A stretch of 64,000 nt of DNA from an uncultured Brevinematales bacterium. GTDB taxonomy: Bacteria > Spirochaetota > Brevinematia > Brevinematales > JAOACQ01. How positions within the stretch are numbered: the stretch's first letter is position 1; every line of letters begins with the position of its first letter. The notes beneath the pieces were generated by a model. It saw only the letters and a list, made by a program, of their open reading frames with translations, had not been told where the DNA came from and made no database searches. Of this stretch, positions 54,359 to 64,000 are shown piece after piece. The DNA lies in contig CAYPRX010000013.1 of the NCBI GenBank assembly GCA_964413265.1, positions 27,400 to 91,399 on the forward strand, read 5' to 3'. The position numbers and the translations under genes were made by a program.

Positions 54359-55827
54359 ACGGCCTCTTTTTCCTTGGTATGTCTTAAAACAAGCTCGGAT
54401 CCGGCCCCCTTTTTTGTTATTTCAGTTACCGGGATGCCGAGTTCACGGCTCATGATTTCAATAACCCTCGGATAATCGAAACTTCCCTGGCAACGCCCGG
54501 TACCGAGCCATGTCCTGCGCTTTATACCATCGTATGTTCTCGCACCGGCGGGTGACTTTATAGCTTCTATTACCTCACCCTCAGTGACTTCCTCACAGCG
54601 GCAGACTATCCTTCCGTATGCAGGATTTTTTCTCACGAGTTCGGCTTTTTCCCTGTGAGACAGCTTGTGAAAACAAGGCGGAGCTACCCTTCTGGGATTA
54701 TAATCTTTCCTCAATTCTAGATCCTCGCCTGCTTCTATCAGAAATTCCATGACCCTTTCGGCGATTGCCGGAGCGCTGGCAAACCCTGGAGAATCAATCC
54801 CTGCAAGATTAATCATACCTTTTATAACTTGAGGAATCTCTATGATGAAGTCCCTATGGTCACCGCCGGAAGCTCTGATTCCTGCAAACTCGGCAATAAC
54901 GTCAGAGGTTTTAAGTGAAGGCACGAGCCTGGTTGCATTCTTCAATACCTCTGCCAGACCTTCTGAAGTTGTATCCGGCGAACCTGGCCAATCGATTTCC
55001 ATAGAGTTCGGTCCGATCATAACATTGCCATGAACCGTTGTAGAAACCAGTGTTCCCTTCCCCTTGTCAGTAGGGACAGGGAACAGGACATTGTTGAGGC
55101 TTATCCTGGAAGCGTCGAATATCAGGTATTCCCCTCTGCGTGGTTTTATACTGAATTCAGGCCTTACACCGGCCATGTGCATAATCGAATCGGCCTGGAC
55201 TCCGGCCGAGTTTATCAGCCATCTTGTATAAAAATCCCCGCGGTTTGTTTTTATTCCAGTAATTTTGTTGTCCTGCAAATTAAGACCCTTCAATTCCGTC
55301 CCAGTGAGAATTACCGCGGAATTAGTGACAGCATTTTCAGCAGCTGCCACAACAGCTGTGAATGGATCGATAACCCCCGCTGTCGGCGCATAGAGCGCCC
55401 CTCTTGCAAGATGGTTAATAAGAGGTTCCCTTGTTAAAAATTCATCCCTGGAGAGGATTCGAAGCCCGGGCACGCTGTTGGTGATACCCCTTCTGTAGAG
55501 CTCCTCAAGCATGGTAAACTCCGTCCCACCCATAGCAACAACATAACTCCCGGTTCTTTTAAAGGGTATCTCCAGCTCCGAGGCGGTTTCTTCCCAGAGT
55601 TTGTTTCCCCTGACATTAAGTTCGGCTTTCAGAGAGCCGGGTATCGGGTCGTAGCCGGCATGAATAATGGCACTGTTCGCGGAGCTTGCCCCCATTCCGA
55701 TATCTGCTTCTTTATCTATAAGCAGAATCCTGTTTTTCGTTTTAGATAGTTCCCGCGCTATTATAACGCCAATAATCCCTGCACCTGCTATTATGAAATC
55801 GAATTTTTTTTCAGTGAGGTTTCCCAT
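54355..55827 (-). CDS. FAD-dependent glycerol-3-phosphate dehydrogenase/oxidase (GlpA/GlpD-like) with a BFD-like [2Fe-2S] domain
   Basis: 490 aa with FDFIIAGAGIIGVIIA, a DAO-family core and C-terminal CRCEEVTEGEV...GTGRCQG. It lies directly downstream of glpK. Confidence 0.85.
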   Translation of the reverse strand: MGNLTEKKFDFIIAGAGIIGVIIARELSKTKNRILLIDKEADIGMGASSANSAIIHAGYDPIPGSLKAELNVRGNKLWEETASELEIPFKRTGSYVVAMGGTEFTMLEELYRRGITNSVPGLRILSRDEFLTREPLINHLARGALYAPTAGVIDPFTAVVAAAENAVTNSAVILTGTELKGLNLQDNKITGIKTNRGDFYTRWLINSAGVQADSIMHMAGVRPEFSIKPRRGEYLIFDASRISLNNVLFPVPTDKGKGTLVSTTVHGNVMIGPNSMEIDWPGSPDTTSEGLAEVLKNATRLVPSLKTSDVIAEFAGIRASGGDHRDFIIEIPQVIKGMINLAGIDSPGFASAPAIAERVMEFLIEAGEDLELRKDYNPRRVAPPCFHKLSHREKAELVRKNPAYGRIVCRCEEVTEGEVIEAIKSPAGARTYDGIKRRTWLGTGRCQGSFDYPRVIEIMSRELGIPVTEITKKGAGSELVLRHTKEKEAV

Positions 55828-55832
55828 CTATA

Positions 55833-57329
55833 TTAAGACCATCCGTATGATTTTTCGAGAGCCTTCTTCCAGAAACTGTAAAGCCTGCGTCTGGTATTTT
55901 CATCCATTGCAGGCTTCCATTCCCTGTCCAATTTCCAGTTTTTCCTGAGTTCGTCCAGACCTCCCCAGAAGGAAACTGCAAGGCCGGCCGCATAAGCGGC
56001 CCCCATTGAAGTGGATTCGGTAACGGTAGGCCTTAATACTTTTACATTCAAAATGTCAGCCTGAAACTGCATGAGAACGTCGCTGGCTGTCATACCGCCG
56101 TCAACCTTAAGCTCCTTAAGGGTTATAGCTGAATCTGCCGCCATCGCTTCGAAGACATCCCTGGTCTGATATGCAGTAGCTTCGAGTATCGCCCTGGCGA
56201 ACTGTGCTTTTCCGGCGTAGTGAGTGAGCCCGGTAATAACCCCCCTTGCATCACTTCTCCAGTAAGGCGCAAAAAGCCCGGAAAAAGCCGGGACATAATA
56301 AACACCTCCGTTATCGGGAACGCTTGAGGCCAGTACATCTATCTCCGGCGCTGATTTTATTATTCCAAGTTTGTCCCTGGCCCACTGAACCAGGGAGCCT
56401 GCTATTGCAACCGAACCCTCCAGTGCATAGACGGTATTTCCATCACCCAGAGAGTACGCAATCGTTGTAAGTAATCCGTTCTTCGAGATCACCGGCTTGG
56501 CGCCGGTGTTCATAAGCAGAAAGCAGCCTGTGCCATATGTGTTTTTCGCTTCTCCTGCTCCGAAGCATGTCTGGCCGAATAACGCCGCCTGCTGATCACC
56601 CAGGAAACCGGAAAGGGGTATTTGTGCGCCGAACGGCCCGTCAACTTTGGTAAGCGGGCAATCCACAGAAGAGCTTGAAGGCCTGACATACGGCAGCATT
56701 GACTTGTTAATTCTCATGGAATCAAGAAGCCATTCATCCCAGGACAATTTATGAATGTTGAAGAGAAGAGTCCTGCTGGCATTAGTGGTGTCTGTGAAAT
56801 GCCGTCCGGTAAGATTCCAGCACAGCCAGGAGTCAATATTTCCGAAAAGAGCCCTTCCATTTTTGGAGGCTTCTCTTAAGCCCTGGACATTATCGAGGAG
56901 CCAAATTAACTTTGGTCCTGAAAAATATGTCGCGAGCGGAAGACCTGTTTTCTCTCGGAAACGTTCCGATCCATCTGCCCTGCTTAATTCTTCGAGAATT
57001 TCTGTAGTTCTTGTATCCTGCCAGACAATAGCATTATAATAAGGCTTGCCCGTTTCTTTGTCCCAGACAACTGTTGTTTCCCTCTGGTTGGTAATTCCCA
57101 CTGCTGCTATTTCAAGGGCGTTTATGCCGCTTTTTTCAAGTGTATCACGTATAACATGACATGTATTTTCCCATATTTCAATTGCATTATGCTCAACCCA
57201 TCCAGGTCTGGGGTATATCTGTGAATGTTCCCTCATTGACGAGGCTTTAACCGTTCCGCTTGCATCATAAATTACGAAACGGGTACTGGAGGTTCCCTGG
57301 TCTATTGCGCCGACATATTTCTTATCCAT
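55833..57329 (-). CDS. glpK: Glycerol kinase
   Basis: 498 aa with [43 protein letters not shown] and VDGGMT. Confidence 0.95.
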   Translation of the reverse strand: MDKKYVGAIDQGTSSTRFVIYDASGTVKASSMREHSQIYPRPGWVEHNAIEIWENTCHVIRDTLEKSGINALEIAAVGITNQRETTVVWDKETGKPYYNAIVWQDTRTTEILEELSRADGSERFREKTGLPLATYFSGPKLIWLLDNVQGLREASKNGRALFGNIDSWLCWNLTGRHFTDTTNASRTLLFNIHKLSWDEWLLDSMRINKSMLPYVRPSSSSVDCPLTKVDGPFGAQIPLSGFLGDQQAALFGQTCFGAGEAKNTYGTGCFLLMNTGAKPVISKNGLLTTIAYSLGDGNTVYALEGSVAIAGSLVQWARDKLGIIKSAPEIDVLASSVPDNGGVYYVPAFSGLFAPYWRSDARGVITGLTHYAGKAQFARAILEATAYQTRDVFEAMAADSAITLKELKVDGGMTASDVLMQFQADILNVKVLRPTVTESTSMGAAYAAGLAVSFWGGLDELRKNWKLDREWKPAMDENTRRRLYSFWKKALEKSYGWS

Positions 57330-57339
57330 TAAAACCCCG

Positions 57340-58104
57340 CTAGGTGCTGTGCTTTTTAATAAATTTAATTGTTTCTTCGGCTATTAAATCTTTATCATGA
57401 TCCATCGTTGCAACATGGTAAGAGTTTTTCAGCCAGATAAGTTCTTTGTCTTCTGAGGGGATTTTCCTATAGGCCCATACTGTGTTTTTTGCTCTGAGCA
57501 CATGATCTTCAGTAGATTTGAAAAAAAGGACTGGGACTTTGATTCTGCTTAAGTACAATCTTGTGATTTTCTGCAATTTGACCAATTCATTAACACCGTA
57601 TATCGGTGTCCGGTTGTACGATATTTCCCTTACATTCTTGTCCTTGAGGTCGGATGAGATTGCATCCGCCGATTTTAAAAACACTTTAAGAACGGGTAAA
57701 AGTGGCGCCAGTTCGCAAGCGGCAAAAAGCGAGTGATTGACAGTAATAATACCCCTGATTTCGGGATGTATTTCAGCAAGTCTGAGGGCAAGGGTCCCTC
57801 CCATTGAAAGGCCTGCCGTGAAAATAATATCAGAATTTTTTTTCAATTTTACATAAGCATTTTCTACATCCGAAATCCAGTCAGTATATCTGACCCCGAT
57901 TATATCTTCCCACCGTGTCCCATGACCTGAAAGCCTCGGTCCCTCAACATTAAAACCAGCTTCAGAGAGTTTTCGGCCCAGGTAAATGACGCTTGAAGTG
58001 CTTCCTGTAAAGCCCTGTGAAAGGAGGATTCCGATTTTGGATCCATTATCAAAAGAAAATGGTTCCCACCCCTTTTGAATTTCCATATCTGTCTCCTGGT
58101 ACAA
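57340..58104 (-). CDS. Alpha/beta hydrolase: carboxylesterase or monoacylglycerol-lipase-like
   Basis: 254 aa with the GFTGS oxyanion region and the nucleophile elbow GLSMGG. About 250 aa, Est-type size. Confidence 0.75.
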   Translation of the reverse strand: MYQETDMEIQKGWEPFSFDNGSKIGILLSQGFTGSTSSVIYLGRKLSEAGFNVEGPRLSGHGTRWEDIIGVRYTDWISDVENAYVKLKKNSDIIFTAGLSMGGTLALRLAEIHPEIRGIITVNHSLFAACELAPLLPVLKVFLKSADAISSDLKDKNVREISYNRTPIYGVNELVKLQKITRLYLSRIKVPVLFFKSTEDHVLRAKNTVWAYRKIPSEDKELIWLKNSYHVATMDHDKDLIAEETIKFIKKHST

Positions 58105-58185
58105 TTATTTTACTCCAATTTTCATAATATGCAATATTTTTAATAAAGGAGACAGACAGAAAGTTGCATTTTGTCGTTATATTAA

Positions 58186-59013
58186 TCAGCTCAGGAATTT
58201 TTCAATCGCCATAATCGCCATTTCGGGATTTTCATCGAAAGAGGCGTGACCAGCACCTGGTATAATAACAAGACTTGCATCCTTAAGGTCTTTCTCAAGC
58301 CTTCTGGCATTTGCAATCGGAAGCAATTTATCTTCTTCTCCCCAGATTATAAGCACAGGCTGTTTTACCTCAGGTATTATTGCCTCAATTTCCGAGGAGT
58401 CAGTAACGGCTCTCATAAGGCGATATGTAAATTCTCTCCTTGAGGGATTGTCGAAAAGTTTGTAGTTTTCAAATAGCTCATCCCGGTCGATTTTCGAGTT
58501 TTCTACATAGATATCTTTCATAAATAGAGATTTAAACATTTCCCATTTAAAGAGTTTTTTAAAAATAAATGATCCCAGAATGGGCGTTAACGCGAGCCTT
58601 GCCGATACCTTCGGTTTAATATTATATGATACTGAATCTATCAGAATAACCTTCGAGACTAATTCAGGGTACATAACTGCAGTCATGAGGGAGATTGCCC
58701 CGCCCATTGAATCCCCAGCGAGGACTATCCGCTTGATACCGAGTTCACTGCAAAAATTTCTGAGGAAAGTGGAATATTGCCTGAAGCCGGGTTTAAAATT
58801 TTTTGGATTTTCAGAAGCTCCATTGCCCGGCAAATCGGGAGCAAAACTTTTAAATTTGCCTGAAAGTCCGTTCATAAGCTTATCGAAACTCTGCCCACGG
58901 GATAAGAAACCATGAACAAACATTATATTTTGAAGACTGTCCTTCGATTCACGCGGCCCTTCTTCAAGGTAATAAGTTTTTATTCCGTCAACGATGGCAT
59001 ACCTGACATCCAT
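58186..59013 (-). CDS. Alpha/beta hydrolase
   Basis: 275 aa with HGFLS, the nucleophile elbow GDSMGG and a C-terminal GAGHASF catalytic His region. Confidence 0.75.
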   Translation of the reverse strand: MDVRYAIVDGIKTYYLEEGPRESKDSLQNIMFVHGFLSRGQSFDKLMNGLSGKFKSFAPDLPGNGASENPKNFKPGFRQYSTFLRNFCSELGIKRIVLAGDSMGGAISLMTAVMYPELVSKVILIDSVSYNIKPKVSARLALTPILGSFIFKKLFKWEMFKSLFMKDIYVENSKIDRDELFENYKLFDNPSRREFTYRLMRAVTDSSEIEAIIPEVKQPVLIIWGEEDKLLPIANARRLEKDLKDASLVIIPGAGHASFDENPEMAIMAIEKFLS

Positions 59014-59501
59014 TATCTTTTCCTCATTTTTTGAAGCAGTTCCTTCCGTGATTTTACTCTCAGTTTTGCGTTTTCATACCTCCGCCTGTCATCATCTGTC
59101 TGCAGTACCAGTTCAGGCACTTTCACCGGTTTTTTATTTTCATCAATGGCAACAAATGTCAGATAAGCACTTGTTGCTTTTGATACCTCTCCGGTCCTAG
59201 GGTTCTCCTTGGTAACCTGTACCCCGACCTCCAGTGATGTATTTCCGACATAGTTGACCCTTGATTTAATGATTACCTGTTCTCCAACATAAATAGGAGT
59301 GATAAAGGAAATGGAATCTATTCCTGCAGTAACTGTCAATGTGCCGCAGTGACGGGTCGCTGCCATTCCGGCAATCATATCAATCCAGGACATTATTGCA
59401 CCGCCGAAAGCCGTTCCCATATGGTTGGCATTCTGCGGCATTAGTACGTATCTTGTTTCAACTGCACTGTCTGCAGGGCTTTTCGGTCTCAATCTGTCCA
59501 T
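59013..59501 (-). CDS. Hotdog-fold acyl-CoA thioesterase (YciA/BFIT-like)
   Basis: 162 aa with MPQNANHMGTAFGGAIMSWID and TAGIDSISF blocks. Confidence 0.8.
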   Translation of the reverse strand: MDRLRPKSPADSAVETRYVLMPQNANHMGTAFGGAIMSWIDMIAGMAATRHCGTLTVTAGIDSISFITPIYVGEQVIIKSRVNYVGNTSLEVGVQVTKENPRTGEVSKATSAYLTFVAIDENKKPVKVPELVLQTDDDRRRYENAKLRVKSRKELLQKMRKR

Positions 59502-59686
59502 TAGTCTCCTCCTTTAGGTAAATTAATAATTTCAATATACAAATTGCAATCCTGGTAGTCAATAGCAATTTTTCTTTTCCGGCTCTGAAGCTTGACTTAA
59601 ACATAAAATTAATTTAAATTTAATTAAAAATTAACAATGCGATGCGATAATCTTCTAATTTTTATACGTTTTTTTTATATCCAGGA

Positions 59687-60004
59687 GTGTTCTTTATGGC
59701 TAAGAAAAGGCTTGAAAAGATTGAAGCGGCCAAGGCTTTCCTGGCAAAGGCATCTTCTCAGGAGGGAAAACAGGGTTCTCCTGCCCTGGATAAAAAACTG
59801 ATAGCGAACCTTGAAATAGCCGTTGATCTGACAGAAAACATCAATTCTGAGATAGTTGAACTCAAGTTAAAGCTCGAGAACAAAAAGAATGAACTGAGTG
59901 GCCATATCGAAAATATGTTGAAACTTTTAAAAGAGGCTCAAAAAAGCGTAAGAAAGAATTTTCCCAAGAAATCATGGAGAGGTTTTGGTATTACAGCAAA
60001 ATAA
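59687..60004 (+). CDS. Small basic coiled-coil protein, hypothetical (possible ParA partner)
   Basis: The track start is GTG 59687. ATG 59696 (AGGAG 8 nt upstream) gives 102 aa: MAKKRLEKIEAAKAFLAKA...ELKLKLENKKNEL...WRGFGITAK. It ends 15 nt before the ParA ATG. Confidence 0.5.
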   Translation: MFFMAKKRLEKIEAAKAFLAKASSQEGKQGSPALDKKLIANLEIAVDLTENINSEIVELKLKLENKKNELSGHIENMLKLLKEAQKSVRKNFPKKSWRGFGITAK

Positions 60005-60013
60005 TATGAGGAA

Positions 60014-60772
60014 TTGCTTATGATATCAATTGGTGTATACAATATTAAAGGTGGAGTCGGTAAGACCTCTGCAGCCGTCAACATGGCTTACCTGTCTTCG
60101 ATTGATGGATACAAAACTCTTTTATGGGATATAGACCCCCAGGGATCTGCCACTTTTTATATGCATAAAAAGCAGGGGATGGATGTTAGACTCAAAAAGG
60201 TCATAAGCGGTAAGGAGGATATCTCAGAATATGTCAAGAAAACAGATTACGACAAACTCTCCCTTCTTCCATCGGATTTTTCACTGAGAAATCTGGATAT
60301 TCTGCTTGATGATGTAAAAAAATCCAGAAGAAGGCTCTATGATGTCCTTAAAACACTTAAAGACAGCTTCGAAATCATTTTTTTGGACTGTCCCCCAAGT
60401 ATTTCACTGCTTTCTGAAAATGTATTCCATGCTTCGGATATACTGCTTGTTCCAATGATCCCAACTCCTCTCTCGAAACGCACATATCTACAGATAGTTC
60501 AATTTTATAATGAAAATGGACTTGACGAATCTGTAATTGTTCCCTTCTTCTCAATGGTTGAAAAGCGTAAAAAGATTCACAATGAAAGCATGGAAGAACT
60601 GATTAAAACAATACCGAACATTTGTGAAAATTCAATACCCTATCTTTCTGAGATCGAAAAGATGGGTGTAATTAGAAAACCGGTAGCTGTCCGCTCCATG
60701 AATTCAAGAGGCTCTGCGGCTTTTCATTTATTATGGGATGAATTCAAAAAAAAGCATCTGCCAGGCAAATAA
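60014..60772 (+). CDS. ParA/Soj/MinD-family P-loop ATPase
   Basis: About 250 aa (likely start ATG 60020). It has the deviant Walker A NIKGGVGKTS with the signature Lys, DIDPQGS and Walker B IIFLDCPPS. Confidence 0.85.
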   Translation: MLMISIGVYNIKGGVGKTSAAVNMAYLSSIDGYKTLLWDIDPQGSATFYMHKKQGMDVRLKKVISGKEDISEYVKKTDYDKLSLLPSDFSLRNLDILLDDVKKSRRRLYDVLKTLKDSFEIIFLDCPPSISLLSENVFHASDILLVPMIPTPLSKRTYLQIVQFYNENGLDESVIVPFFSMVEKRKKIHNESMEELIKTIPNICENSIPYLSEIEKMGVIRKPVAVRSMNSRGSAAFHLLWDEFKKKHLPGK

Positions 60773-60778
60773 AAAAAA

Positions 60779-60802
60779 CCCCGGCATCCTGAATGCACGG
60801 GG
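60779..60802. terminator. Bidirectional rho-independent terminator between convergent genes
   Basis: The stem CCCCG.GCA / TGC(A)CGGGG has a 7-nt loop. It is flanked by A8 (60771-60778) upstream and a T-rich run downstream. Confidence 0.55.
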
Positions 60803-60831
60803 CAATTTTCTGTTTTGAAATAATCCTTAAA

Positions 60832-61299
60832 CTATTTGACGACGATGTCAATATCTAATTTTGCTGAATCCTGGCTTACGACATCTTCATCTTTAATACT
60901 TTCCTGGGGTCCGTTCTTCTGGAAATCAGCATCAAGCTCTTCATCGGAGTGAGCATTATATACTTCGATTTCTGCCAATTCCCTCCGGGTGATTGCGCCC
61001 TTATTGGCCCTTATGGCAGCATAAGCTAGGCGTCTGGCACGTATAGTCTGATAGAAAGAGCGCTCGAATTCACCTGCTTTAAAAAGTGAGATCGCGAATC
61101 TCTGATGGCGGACTGCAAGCGCCAGGTCTCCGGTGAAAACCCTGCCCTGGTTGACGGCCCTGTGAGCTCTGATTATCACATATCGTGTAGCTGTAATTTC
61201 TCTCCTTGCATCAGCTCTATGAATATTAAACGCAAAAGCCGAACCTGCCGCAAGAAGCCATATAAGAGATACTAAGGCTAAAGGTTTGAATCTTGACAT
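60832..61299 (-). CDS. Hypothetical secreted helical protein
   Basis: 155 aa with the signal peptide MSRFKPLALVSLIWLLAAGSAFA, an Arg/Ala-rich helical core and an acidic C-terminal tail. I recognise no motifs. Confidence 0.5.
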   Translation of the reverse strand: MSRFKPLALVSLIWLLAAGSAFAFNIHRADARREITATRYVIIRAHRAVNQGRVFTGDLALAVRHQRFAISLFKAGEFERSFYQTIRARRLAYAAIRANKGAITRRELAEIEVYNAHSDEELDADFQKNGPQESIKDEDVVSQDSAKLDIDIVVK

Positions 61300-61495
61300 A
61301 GTTCCTCCAAAGATTTTGTAGTATAATATATATCCTGATTTACCTTTGAAAGTTACAGAATCAATTAATTTATTTTGATTTTCATACCTTAAATGCTGCC
61401 GCCAGAAAGAGCATTTAAAAAATAAGTCTATTGACTATAAAACTCGCCTTTACTATTTTAATACTGACGACAGTGTTTATTTTGAGCGAGGTTTT

Positions 61496-63241
61496 ATGGC
61501 TGATTTGTATAAAACCATTCCTGAACTTTTTCATTTCATACGAGATAAAAGTGTGAGGCCTGATCTTCTTAATTACAGGAGGGATAATTCATGGGTAAAT
61601 ATATCAAGTGCTGAATTTGTCGAAGAAACCGAGAAACTTGCAGCAGGACTGTGTTTGCTTGGCGTTCAAAGTGGAGACCATATAGGGATTATAGCACCAT
61701 CCTCTCCGTTCTGGGTAATGGCTGACATCGCCATAAGCCTTTCCGGCGGGATAACTGTCCCCATATTTAACAGGATCTCACCGGAGAATCTTGAATTTGA
61801 GATCAAAGATGCTGACATAAAAATAATGATTATCGGTGATGAAAAGGAATTCGAACCTGTCAGAGTAAACGGAAAAAAAATAGAAAAAATCATTACTATC
61901 GGTTTTAAGAAAGATGACCCTGCTGCAATGACTTTCGAAGACCTGCTCAAAACCGGTTATGCTTCCTTCTCACGTAAGTTTTTAAACCCCGGCCAGAATG
62001 ATCTATTCACCATTATATATACAAGCGGAAGTATGGGGGTTCCAAAGGGGGTTATGCTTTCTCACTGTAATATAATCTCACAGGTCAGAGCAGCATCGGA
62101 TGTCTTCAGCCTGGATTCAGAATGTGATAGAGCGATTTCGACCCTTCCACTTGCTCATATTTTCGAGAGGATGGTGATTTATTTTTACCTTTCAAAGGGT
62201 CTCCCTGTTTATTTTGCAGACGATCTCAATAAAATTGGTGAACTGATGAGGGAAGTAAAACCGACAGTGATGACTGTCGTGCCAAGACTCCTTGAAAGGG
62301 TATATGAAAAAATGAAAAATGCTGTCATTGAAAGCCGTGGATTGAAAAGGGTTATAGGCCTGGCGGCATTTGAAAGGGCCGAGACCAGAAATCCCGAAAA
62401 AAGTACTATTAACCTTCTGGATACAGTCTACAAAAAACTTGTATATTCAAAATTGTACGATGCGATGGGGGGAAGTTTCCGTTTTGTAATATCAGGGGCT
62501 GCGGCATTGCCCCTTGAGATAGGATGTTTTTTTAATAATATAGGCATTACCATATATGAGGGTTATGGACTGACCGAGGCCTCACCTGTAATAGCTGCAA
62601 ACAGTCTGGAAAATCACAGGCTTGGGACAGTTGGCCTGCCGTTACCTTCAGTCAAAGTAAAAATCGCACAGGACGGGGAGATACTAGCTGGTGGACCGAA
62701 TATAATGATGGGTTATCTTAATAACATTAAGGAAACAGAAGCGGCAATCGACGGAGATGGTTTTTTGCATACCGGCGACCTCGGTATGATCGACAATGAC
62801 GGTTATTTAAAAATAACGGGGAGGAAAAAAGAGCTTTTCAAGAAATCAACGGGAGAATATGTTCCCCCCCTCCCTATAGAATCAGCCCTTAAGAAACTCA
62901 GCATTGTTGATACGGCTGTTGTAATCGCCGATAAAAGGAAATTTGTAAGCTGCCTTATCTTTCCGAATTTTAACAATGTTAATAAACTTAAGGATGAGAG
63001 CGGTTTTTCAGAGTTCTCGACTGACGCTTTTCTCGACAGCGATTTTGTCAGGGATATGATACAGAATTTCATTAGTAAGATGAATTCACATTTACATCAT
63101 ACTGAAGAAGTTCAGAAATTCACTATCATAAAAGCGTCCCTATCGATTGAAACCGGTGAGCTTACTCCTACGCTGAAAATAAGACGGGAAGCAATCGAGA
63201 AAAAATTTAAAAAGGAAATTGATGCAATGTATTCGGTTTAG
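61496..63241 (+). CDS. Long-chain fatty acid-CoA ligase (AMP-binding family)
   Basis: 581 aa with YTSGSMGVPKGVMLSH, GYGLTE, TGDLG and the KITGRKKELFK motif. Confidence 0.85.
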   Translation: MADLYKTIPELFHFIRDKSVRPDLLNYRRDNSWVNISSAEFVEETEKLAAGLCLLGVQSGDHIGIIAPSSPFWVMADIAISLSGGITVPIFNRISPENLEFEIKDADIKIMIIGDEKEFEPVRVNGKKIEKIITIGFKKDDPAAMTFEDLLKTGYASFSRKFLNPGQNDLFTIIYTSGSMGVPKGVMLSHCNIISQVRAASDVFSLDSECDRAISTLPLAHIFERMVIYFYLSKGLPVYFADDLNKIGELMREVKPTVMTVVPRLLERVYEKMKNAVIESRGLKRVIGLAAFERAETRNPEKSTINLLDTVYKKLVYSKLYDAMGGSFRFVISGAAALPLEIGCFFNNIGITIYEGYGLTEASPVIAANSLENHRLGTVGLPLPSVKVKIAQDGEILAGGPNIMMGYLNNIKETEAAIDGDGFLHTGDLGMIDNDGYLKITGRKKELFKKSTGEYVPPLPIESALKKLSIVDTAVVIADKRKFVSCLIFPNFNNVNKLKDESGFSEFSTDAFLDSDFVRDMIQNFISKMNSHLHHTEEVQKFTIIKASLSIETGELTPTLKIRREAIEKKFKKEIDAMYSV

Positions 63242-63257
63242 GCAGGGAGTGTGAAAA

Positions 63258-64000
63258 ATGGATCAGAGGATTGCAATAATAGATGGTGTGAGGACCCCCA
63301 TGGAAAAAGCCGGAGGCAGGCTTAAAAATATTACAGCCGATGATCTGGCTGTAATGGCTGTTAAGGAAGTACTGTACAGGACGGGTATGGGACCTGAAGA
63401 AATAGACGAGGTGATCCTGGGAAATGTTGCCCAGCCTGCAACAGCAGCCAATATTTCGCGTGTGGTAGCATTAAAAGCCGGCTTGCCGGTAAGTATTCCG
63501 GCGTACACGGTACATAGGAATTGTGCCTCGGGTATGGAGTCAATAACAACAGCGGCGAATAAAATACTTGCCGGCGAAGCTTCAGTTATAATTGCCGGTG
63601 GAACTGAATCAATGAGTAATATCCCTTATCTTTTCAACAGCAGGATGGCCGGTTTCTTCGGCTCTCTGGCAAAGGCTAAAAGCATATACGAGAAACTCAG
63701 TATATTTATCAGTTTCCGGCCTTCGTTTCTGAAGCCTGACATAGGAGTGATCCAGGGCCTTACGGATCCGGTAAGCGGTCTGATAATGGGGTCAACAGCT
63801 GAAGTTCTTGCTAGAGAATTTCATATCACACGAACAGCCCAGGATGAATTTGCCCTTTTAAGTCACCATAGGGCCGTAAGTGCTATAAAAGCGGGAAAAT
63901 TAAATAATGAGATCGTACCTCTTCCCATACCGCCGGATTACAGTACTGTATTAACGGCCGACGGAGGTCCGAGGGAAAACCAGACAATTGAGGCTCTCGC
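63258..64000 (+). CDS. Acetyl-CoA acetyltransferase / 3-ketoacyl-CoA thiolase (5' part, continues beyond the window)
   Basis: My translation from ATG 63258 (GGGAG RBS) gives MDQRIAIIDGVRTPMEKAGG...VHRNCASGMESI (active-site Cys)...GGTESMSN. The frame is open to the window end. Confidence 0.85.
   Translation, partial: MDQRIAIIDGVRTPMEKAGGRLKNITADDLAVMAVKEVLYRTGMGPEEIDEVILGNVAQPATAANISRVVALKAGLPVSIPAYTVHRNCASGMESITTAANKILAGEASVIIAGGTESMSNIPYLFNSRMAGFFGSLAKAKSIYEKLSIFISFRPSFLKPDIGVIQGLTDPVSGLIMGSTAEVLAREFHITRTAQDEFALLSHHRAVSAIKAGKLNNEIVPLPIPPDYSTVLTADGGPRENQTIEAL

Noticed and set aside
53193-54475. A series of plus-strand ORFs (68-107 aa) antisense to the FAD oxidoreductase and G3P dehydrogenase genes.
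   Set aside because: This stretch is locally GC-richer, which generates long antisense open frames. None has an RBS, a signal or a recognisable motif, and they overlap each other in different frames.
1-64000. CRISPR arrays, IS elements or transposases, rRNA genes, and retron, DGR or toxin-antitoxin modules.
   Set aside because: Reading through all intergenic gaps (the largest are about 400 bp), I found no regularly spaced repeats. No ORF has transposase, integrase, reverse-transcriptase or Cas motifs. I could not run a computational repeat search, so short dispersed repeats may have been missed.

Overview
The window is a 64-kb, gene-dense chromosomal segment. Sampled lines range from about 23% to 50% GC, and intergenic regions are AT-rich. 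I support about 60 protein-coding genes, one tRNA-Ala(CGC), several sigma70-like promoters and three intrinsic-terminator-like hairpins. The host looks like a diderm bacterium, given a TonB-dependent receptor, lipobox-like signal peptides and a T9SS/FlgD-Ig-like C-terminal tail. Its signalling repertoire (SpoIIE/PP2C, HisKA_2 kinase, HDOD, EAL, GGDEF, FecR-like) resembles spirochaete or FCB-group genomes, but I cannot assign taxonomy without a search. Housekeeping genes are clear: topA, lepB, aroK, nadA, nadK-recN, and glpK with a three-gene glycerol-3-phosphate dehydrogenase set. There are also two ABC importer operons, a TonB receptor and a lipid-catabolism block (esterases, thioesterase, acyl-CoA ligase, thiolase). 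I saw no rRNA, CRISPR array, transposase, integrase or recognisable phage or defence module. The one exception is a truncated D12-class adenine methyltransferase gene at the left edge, which the ORF track missed. I did not find an unambiguous new system. The best second-look candidates are: (1) a flagellin-fold protein with a Sec-type signal peptide, away from any flagellar genes; (2) a cluster with a fused TIGR04283-like and DUF2064-like transferase, a flavoprotein disulfide reductase, a TVP38/DedA protein and a DUF1499 protein; (3) a translationally coupled operon of an alpha-oxoamine synthase, a secreted protein and a CDGSH protein; (4) a single-chain Dak2-DegV (FakA-FakB-like) protein; (5) aroK embedded among translationally coupled envelope genes; (6) an orphan ParA with a small coiled-coil neighbour. 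All functional calls come from motif recognition by eye and need HMM or BLAST confirmation.
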